A DNA stretch of 64,000 nucleotides from an uncultured Nitrososphaerales archaeon (GTDB taxonomy: Archaea; Thermoproteota; Nitrososphaeria; Nitrososphaerales; Nitrososphaeraceae): contig CAVPXM010000053.1 of the NCBI GenBank assembly GCA_963709405.1, forward strand, positions 64,001-128,000, read 5' to 3'. The notes beneath the pieces were generated by a model that did not search any database, was not told the origin of the DNA, and saw only the letters and a list, made by a program, of their open reading frames with translations. The translations under genes were made by a program, and so were the position numbers. The number at the start of each line of letters is the position of its first letter. Position 1 is the first letter of the stretch. Shown piece by piece: positions 57,503-64,000 of this stretch.

Positions 57503-57629
57503 GCGGGGGTCGCCAAGCCCGGTCAACGGCGTGAGACAATTCTTACTTATGCACGGAGCTCAGAGGTTATTAATTGACTGGGATACCTCATCCCTTAGGG
57601 GTTCGTGGGTTCGAATCCCACCTCCCGCA
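57503..57629 (+). tRNA. tRNA-Leu(CAG) with two introns (30/31: 57536-57557; 37/38: 57565-57584)
   Basis: Acceptor GCGGGGG/CTCCCGC, long variable arm, GTTCGAATC; the spliced anticodon arm reads TGAGG-CTCAGAA-CCTCA; both introns fold as BHB. Confidence 0.9.
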
Positions 57630-57827
57630 ACTTCTTGTTATTGATTGAATTTTTATGACATAATCATCTCATATTACGATGAGCTAAATACCATTTGGAG
57701 TTTGTGCTTGTAGGGAAGAAATTGTCGGTTGGCTGGCAGTGGATCAGTATCAAAGTATATGATCTTTTCTATCTTGAATGAGATCGATAGGTTAACAAAC
57801 TTCTTTAGCCTACAAGTTACTGCACAT

Positions 57828-58649
57828 TTGATTCAGAAGGTTATCTTTACCGATATAGATGGTACCATAGTAGACATTGAGACCGGAGGATATGGAGAAA
57901 CTCCTAAATTGATCCGATCGTTAGTGAGAAGTGGAATCCCTGTTATCCTGTGCTCTGCAAAAACACTGACCGAACAAATTCAGGTCAGAAAATATATTGG
58001 ATTGGACGATCCATTCATCGTCGAGAATGGCGGCGCCATAATAATTAGAAGAGACTATTTTGATCTTTCATATATCATTGATAAATATAATGTCAAGGTC
58101 CATGGAGAAGATCATATTATTGAGCTTGGGAAACCAGCCAAGCAAATTAGAGGAATACTCAATGATATCAGGAAGAAATTTAAGATAGATTTTAAAGGTG
58201 TCGGAGACACATCGATTGAAGAACTAAGCAATATTACGAAGCTGAGTGCTGAGCAGGCGATAGGAATGGCTAATAGGGAATATGGTGAAACTATCCTACA
58301 GATAAAGAAACAAGATTTGGCTAGGTTTACTAGGTTATGCCTAAAGATGGGCCTAAATCTAATACATGGTGGAAGGTTTTTTGATGTAACAATGGGAAAT
58401 GATAAGGGAAAAGCTGTTGAAATATTAATCAATCTTTTTAAGAAAAAGTACGATTACGACGTAACCTTTTTTGGCATAGGCGATAGCGAAAACGACGCAT
58501 CAATGCTAGAACTTGTGGGCCATCCAATATTGGTTCAAAGACAAGACGGTTCTTGGTCTAACATCAGAGGTAAAGAAATTCTTAGAATTCCTGGGATAGG
58601 TCCAAGGGGATGGGCTCTCGCGTATGATATAATTTCTGGAGAATCTTAA
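57828..58649 (+). CDS. Mannosyl-3-phosphoglycerate phosphatase-like HAD IIB hydrolase
   Basis: FTDIDGT, CSAKT, IVENGG, REYGE, GGRF, DKGKA, GDSEND; likely TTG start at 57828. Confidence 0.88.
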   Translation: MIQKVIFTDIDGTIVDIETGGYGETPKLIRSLVRSGIPVILCSAKTLTEQIQVRKYIGLDDPFIVENGGAIIIRRDYFDLSYIIDKYNVKVHGEDHIIELGKPAKQIRGILNDIRKKFKIDFKGVGDTSIEELSNITKLSAEQAIGMANREYGETILQIKKQDLARFTRLCLKMGLNLIHGGRFFDVTMGNDKGKAVEILINLFKKKYDYDVTFFGIGDSENDASMLELVGHPILVQRQDGSWSNIRGKEILRIPGIGPRGWALAYDIISGES

Positions 58650-58812
58650 TAGATCATTTCAGAATACCGATTTTATATAGTGAAAAGCTTTTGGTGTCAG
58701 TCGGGATCTAAATAACCATTCATTATTCGAATTAGAGCGAATAATTTGACACATATTCAAGGCATTTTAAATTATTATTACTTTATATCGCCATTTCTCC
58801 TTAACGTAGGAA

Positions 58813-58820
58813 GATATAAA
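58813..58820 (+). promoter_or_regulatory. TATA box of tRNA-iMet
   Basis: GATATAAA preceded by a purine-rich BRE-like sequence, about 30 bp upstream. Confidence 0.5.
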
Positions 58821-58850
58821 GATATATTATCGCCTTAAGGATTTGGTTTC

Positions 58851-58974
58851 AGCGGGGTGGGGAAGCCAGTTCAATAAACTGAGGCTAGGTTATCCCGGCG
58901 GGCTCATAACCCGCAGAGCGGTTACCGCAATTGCATATCGCATGCGGCTGCAGGTTCAAATCAACCCCCCGCTA
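58851..58974 (+). tRNA. Initiator tRNA-Met(CAT) with two non-canonical introns (18/19: 58870-58888; 52/53: 58924-58953)
   Basis: A1-T72 pair, GGG/CCC anticodon stem, CAT at 58905-58907, T-loop TTCAAAT; removal of both BHB introns restores the cloverleaf. Confidence 0.9.
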
Positions 58975-59139
58975 ATTAACGTATTCATCATATGAAATAT
59001 TCTAAAAAGCCTATGAAAACATTTTGATTGAAGATTTACAAAGATTTATGATTTATGATTCGTAATAATATTCTGTTATTGCGTCGATTTGCGGCATCAT
59101 ATTGATTAATCGTGTCCGAATGATAATAATGAAGCACAT

Positions 59140-59556
59140 TTATTCATACAATTCGGATAATAGTCCCTCCTTTAATATCGTCTTTCTTAACTCCTTTGCT
59201 AAGTCAGTAACGGTAACAATTCCTACAATTCTTCCACTTTCAATTACGGGCAATCGTCGGATCTTGTGATTGACCATTCTTTGTACCGCAACCTCAATTG
59301 GAGTATTGGGAGTTGCATATGTTCGAATTTTCGACATGATGTCAACTATATTAACTTTAGATGGTTGTAAATCCCTGCAGCAAATTTTGCTGACAATATC
59401 TCTTTCCGTAATGATGCCTATAGGCTCCTGATTGTTCTCTACGATTAATGAACTAATACCATGATCACTCATCAGCTTGACTGCATCTAAACCAGTTTTT
59501 TCTTGTTTTATAGTTACTATTTTTTTAGTCATTATATTTTGGATAATTTTTGACAC
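59140..59556 (-). CDS. CBS-domain pair protein
   Basis: IMTKKIVT...GIITERD...IRRLPV...GIVTVTD. Confidence 0.9.
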   Translation of the reverse strand: MSKIIQNIMTKKIVTIKQEKTGLDAVKLMSDHGISSLIVENNQEPIGIITERDIVSKICCRDLQPSKVNIVDIMSKIRTYATPNTPIEVAVQRMVNHKIRRLPVIESGRIVGIVTVTDLAKELRKTILKEGLLSELYE

Positions 59557-59620
59557 ATATTCATGTAGGCTCTTTGGGATAAAAATATTAATTCTATATT
59601 TACTCGCTTTAACGAGAGCA

Positions 59621-59740
59621 CGGCATGGGGTTTGCCAATAATGAATTTTCCCGAGGTACAGCTCCTGATCGGAGAGAGATATTTCTACCTAACTACTGAA
59701 AAAGCTGTTGTGTATCTGTTTTGCAAAGCCCCACCTGTCG
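59621..59740. repeat. GC-rich imperfect inverted repeat bounding about 80 bp (MITE-like or structured RNA)
   Basis: CGGCA-TGGGGTTTGCCAATA ... TGTTTTGCAAAGCCCCA-CC-TGTCG. Confidence 0.5.
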
Positions 59741-60117
59741 CCGCCTCACAATTCGAATTCGGATTTCGGATTTCAAATTATCATGAAAATCCTCACATTT
59801 AGTCGTTTTAATATTTTTGTCTTGTCATTTTGAAATTTGAATATAATAATAACTAAGATTTTTATGCATTGAATAGAAAAATTATTCAACTACTCTTCAG
59901 ATTGAATCAATCAAATCGCAGGTTAACTACCACGAGACTGTCTAGACTATCTTTGTTGAAGTTACGGTGTGATCTTGTGGGAAACGTCATCATATTTGGT
60001 TAAGAGTGTTCTCATTTTGTCACTAAATATTCTCCTAACACAATAAAATAAGTGTGTGCTCGCAAACAAACCTAGCTCCTTGTACTACTACCAGTAGATT
60101 AGGGTGCACTCGTACTC

Positions 60118-60438
60118 CTAGAAGTTGTACTGGTGTGATGTGCCGATACCCTTTGCCTGATCATAGCAATCTCGGATTATTCTTGCGTTCAAGCCAATAG
60201 ATTGCTTACTTGCAGTTGATACACTGGTAACGAAATTTTTGAGGTCCTTTTTACTAAGTGCGTTGGGGTCAGAACTGCTACTAGAACTATTCTTACTACT
60301 GCCACCCTTACTATTGTCACTACTCCTGTCATTGCTGCCATTGGTAGTGCCACTACTGGCAGCCATTGCCGACTTCACAAAAGAGGCTGCTGTGACAATG
60401 GACAAGCCTATACCCACTACAGCCAGGAGAGATAACAT
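60118..60438 (-). CDS. Small secreted Ser-rich protein
   Basis: Signal-like N-terminus ending SAMA, low-complexity S/N/G linker. Confidence 0.55.
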   Translation of the reverse strand: MLSLLAVVGIGLSIVTAASFVKSAMAASSGTTNGSNDRSSDNSKGGSSKNSSSSSSDPNALSKKDLKNFVTSVSTASKQSIGLNARIIRDCYDQAKGIGTSHQYNF

Positions 60439-60532
60439 TGGGCCTTAGACATATAAGTTGGGGATAGTAATAATTCTATTAATCATTACTTAACATCGTT
60501 AAAGCACAGAAAATTTCATCTCAACATACTTT

Positions 60533-60566
60533 TTATCTAACAAGATGCATTATCTAACAAGATACA
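60533..60566. repeat. 17-bp tandem duplication
   Basis: ttatctaacaagatgca ttatctaacaagataca. Confidence 0.8.
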
Positions 60567-61083
60567 TATTCCCCATGCCGTAAAGAAAGTTGCAGAATAT
60601 GTATGTATGTCAGTTGTTTTAAAGCATAATCTGGAAAAAATGACAGAGTGCGTATTGTGATAGGCATGGAGGGATCGTATTATTCTTTTCATAAATATCC
60701 AATATCATAACAGAGAAGAGTTAGTATCATATTTAATTATGAGTTTATCAGATATAATAATAGTATGGGTTTTGCAGCCTCCTCTTCTGATAAGCCGTCT
60801 AAACAAGAACGTTGCAGTCTTTGCGGAAGAGTTTTTAATAATGCTGAGGACTTGAACGCACATAAACAACTGGATCACAGCGAACACAGCCATGAGCCTG
60901 CCGGGGTAAGCTAGACGATCACGGGCTATCACCGTATTTCTTTTGGCCGAAGATATTGAATGTCAGTTGTATGATTCTAAGGCATCAATTAAAATCCTTT
61001 AACGCCCAAGAATTTATTGATTCAAGGTCAATTTATTCAACGCACATGATGAATAGTAAGAACACCCAAAAATGCCAAAGCAT

Positions 61084-61839
61084 CTATCGGCTATACTTTT
61101 TTAATGCTTCGATTACCCATTCAACTTCTTCCTTAGTCTTTACAAGGCGACCGATCTTCATGCAATCCCGAATGTCTTTTGATCTCATTTTATGCCATAC
61201 TGCATTTGCGACCGTAGTCGCTATTTCACTAGAAATACCAGAGTTAACGAGCAAATGAGTGGCGACCTTTTGAAAATCTTCGAATTTATATTGTTTAAAA
61301 TGTAGCACAACAAACCGTGACAGTAATGGGGTTAACATCCTTTCGGTTCCATTACTAGTTGCAAAGACCCACGTTTTGAGTTGAGTTTTGCGGACCTTTT
61401 GAAATTTTGTTTCAGCAATAATTCCAGTTTCCATCAAACTTAAAAGCGCAGTTTGATCTCTTATTGGCATATGCTCGATTTCATCGACAATTAAATATCG
61501 AGGACGTGCTTCAAACAAATAGTCCATCATTCCTGATTTTGTACTTTGACTTCCAATCGTAAAGTGTGAACGTTCAAGTTTAATGCATTCTAACATAAAG
61601 AGAGTTTTCGCCGATGCTGGTGGGCCCACCAATAATATATGTACCGGTACTTCCGAAAATAATGATAATTTGAATAATCTCTTTACGTCATTATAGCCTA
61701 TAATATTATCAAACAGTTCCGCGATAATTCCGTTAGGATCATCAGTAGCAGAGATATTAACCGCAGTACCAGTGGATTTATGATTAGTGGCCTCATCCAT
61801 TTGAGGCCATAAATCATCAACATTATCTCCATTCAACAT
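61084..61839 (-). CDS. Stand-alone AAA+ ATPase (MCM/MoxR-like)
   Basis: IIGYNDVK, HILLVGPPASAKT, LIVDEIE, ALLSLMETG, FATSN, LLSRF. Confidence 0.88.
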   Translation of the reverse strand: MLNGDNVDDLWPQMDEATNHKSTGTAVNISATDDPNGIIAELFDNIIGYNDVKRLFKLSLFSEVPVHILLVGPPASAKTLFMLECIKLERSHFTIGSQSTKSGMMDYLFEARPRYLIVDEIEHMPIRDQTALLSLMETGIIAETKFQKVRKTQLKTWVFATSNGTERMLTPLLSRFVVLHFKQYKFEDFQKVATHLLVNSGISSEIATTVANAVWHKMRSKDIRDCMKIGRLVKTKEEVEWVIEALKKYSR

Positions 61840-61984
61840 GGTTCAGTACTAATTACGGCTATTATAGGTGTTACTGACTGATGCTCTCGTGTGGTCCATC
61901 ATACTGGATATTATTTTCGAACAACGAAACGATTTCACAAATTGATTCTTAATTTTTCATCTTTACAGGTTATGAACCGATCTT

Positions 61985-62512
61985 TCATGTTTTTCCGATA
62001 GCCAAAGTAATATTTTCCCTATCTCTAAACACATGATTTCTAAAATCATCCGGTGGCGTTATTGCCTTTCCATCCACAATAACCTGCACGGCCTTATTAT
62101 TCAAATTCAATCCCCATATACTTAAGAATTGACCCAATGTATAGTTTCGATTAACGGTAGATTCTACGTGGATGGTCCCGCTTCTATCGTGAGTATGTAT
62201 TGGGGCAATTTCCGGAGTACTATATTTATCTAGGGAATGATCCTTATAAAGTGATGAATTGATGCCAATGCCTTGTGGGACATTGGTTGGTTTCCCATCA
62301 ATTGTCATATTAAGATGAGGATGAATATGATATACAATCTTAGCGCCCAAACCATGTTCTTGAGCCTGAGTCGCAATAATTAATCCCAAAACAATTACTG
62401 CAGTACCAATAGGAATTCCAATGATCTTCAAGTATCTATTTCTCTTACGCCGATTGATTGAGATGTAACTGTCATCTCTTTTCTTATTATTATTATGGTT
62501 CTTGTGGCTCAT
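61985..62512 (-). CDS. Membrane-anchored protein with HIHPH / IHTHD motifs
   Basis: N-terminal TM; YHIHPHL...PQGIGI...IHTHDRSGTIHVES...TLGQF..IWG. Confidence 0.82.
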   Translation of the reverse strand: MSHKNHNNNKKRDDSYISINRRKRNRYLKIIGIPIGTAVIVLGLIIATQAQEHGLGAKIVYHIHPHLNMTIDGKPTNVPQGIGINSSLYKDHSLDKYSTPEIAPIHTHDRSGTIHVESTVNRNYTLGQFLSIWGLNLNNKAVQVIVDGKAITPPDDFRNHVFRDRENITLAIGKT

Positions 62513-62957
62513 CAGTGCAAAATCGTATGTTATTACAGCCTATTATAGCTTATCTCGCTGTCAAGTTCAGGGATTTGTGAAATAATGAAGACTCTTATCA
62601 CATTCTAAATATCAAAAGTAAAGAAATGCTACTAGGCGTTAAAATCAAGAAAAGGTCCCTCGAGATGGAAACTCAAATCTTCCGAATATCTTTGATCTGT
62701 TGAGTTGAGTTTACATGATTTGTTTTTGATATAGTGTGTTTGTTTGACCTTGTGTATAAACGATAGTTATCTTGATATCAAATTAGATATTACTGTAGAT
62801 ATCAACAATATTGACCTTATCCAACTTTGATAGATACCTTAGAGGCTATCGTGAATTAGCGACTGCTGAAAGTAGCATCTCAAGCAAATAATTTATGTAC
62901 GTATACGCAACATAAGGCCAATGTAAATTATCCTCTCTAAGTCACAATAAAACAACC

Positions 62958-63933
62958 TCACCACCCCAAAACCCTAGCAGACTCTTTGGCAGCATCATCT
63001 AGTGCTTGTTTTGGTTGTTTGACATAAACCTCTTCAATTGCCTCTCTTATGTGTTCTGCTATTTGTGGATACTCAGCTGCAAACTGGTCTGCTCTTACCA
63101 ATCGAAAGTTGGCCATTGTTGGCGTGGAAAAACACCTGGTACCCAGGACCCACTTTGCAGCACAACAAGCTTCCTAACAGCAAACAATTTGTCTGGATTA
63201 CTTTTCAGCGGTTTTATACCTGCATCGATCTGTTCTTTGATAAATTCAAGTGCTTTCATACCTGCTGAGCTATTATATGCAGGAAACCAGTAACTGCCCT
63301 TTACTGGGTGTCCATTTTTCATCACAAGTATGTCACCTCCGAGCATCCATAGATAAGGATACCAGATATCCGGAGAATAGTTTAAACCAACAAGGGCAGC
63401 ACCCGAAATTCCCATCGGTCCTAGAGCATAATTAATTTTCCTTGCGGACGCCATATACCCATCTTTCCAAAGAATTCGGATCAACACTTACATACCATAC
63501 ACTTTACCTCTATACACCCCTCCATCAAAATTCGTTTGATACCAATCAGAAGATCTACCCCAAATCTTTACATAATCTGTAAGATCTGTTAGAAAACCTC
63601 TTTGAGCAAAATCTCCAAGCCAGATTTGGTCGACAGAGATTAGATCAATAGCACTTTTGTTACCTAACGGTCCTGGTCTGATTGTAAGGGGTTGTGGTAT
63701 AACTTATTTGAATATTTAGATCAGGATGCCTTGCTTGCAATTCCTGTATCGCAGGTTGCAAGAGACCATCCCATTTTATGACGTTGCCTAGATTTATCAA
63801 CCATGGCTGTAATTACAACTTGTTTTTTCTGTTGAGCTAAAACCAAGTCGGTACGTGCGCTAGCAGAAAGAGATATTATACTCATGATTAATCCTACAAC
63901 AAAGATGCCGCTAACAGTTGAGAATCTAGCCAT
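62958..63933 (-). pseudogene. ABC-type sugar extracellular solute-binding protein, decayed
   Basis: Signal peptide; IDLISVDQIWLGDFAQRGFLTDL, GGVYRGKVYG, WYPYLWMLGG and PKQALDDAAKESARVLGW* lie across several frames with stops. Confidence 0.8.
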
Positions 63934-64000
63934 GAGCGAGCGTAAACGGCATTTCCCTATTAATCCTTGCTTCTTATCAGGACGATAAATCCATAAATTA

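Noticed and set aside
62762-62802. GATA recurring every 12 bp (62762, 62774, 62786, 62798)
   Set aside because: Only four short AT-rich units and the period is a multiple of 3; compatible with chance or a coding remnant
57503-64000. Provirus or integrative element at the tRNA genes
   Set aside because: No duplicated tRNA 3' end (att site), integrase or capsid gene was seen in the window

Overview
Chromosomal window of an AT-rich ammonia-oxidising archaeon (Thaumarchaeota/Nitrososphaerales-like, inferred from archaeal ThrRS, L13e, aIF-1A, a DnaJ-ferredoxin fusion, BHB-intron tRNAs and NHL/GSDH/MEDS paralogues). Intact core genes (rpl13e, thrS, hel308, a GPT/AglH-like gene, hemD, valS, aIF-1A, pepF, guaB, smc) are interspersed with secreted or surface proteins, small wHTH and zinc-finger proteins, a complete 882-bp IS5-family element and at least nine decayed accessory genes. 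Most notable observations: (1) two different decayed HTH + coiled-coil genes, each preceded by a helically phased direct-repeat array (exact 11-bp period at 41859-41946; about 10.3-bp period at 48797-48893), which resembles single-protein centromere/nucleoid systems; (2) a KaiC/RAD55-like ATPase - Zn finger - class III nucleotide cyclase fusion; (3) an aIF-1A gene that appears to start at TTA; (4) tRNA-iMet and tRNA-Leu genes, each with two BHB introns. No CRISPR array or rRNA gene was seen. All family assignments are from motif recognition by eye, not database searches.
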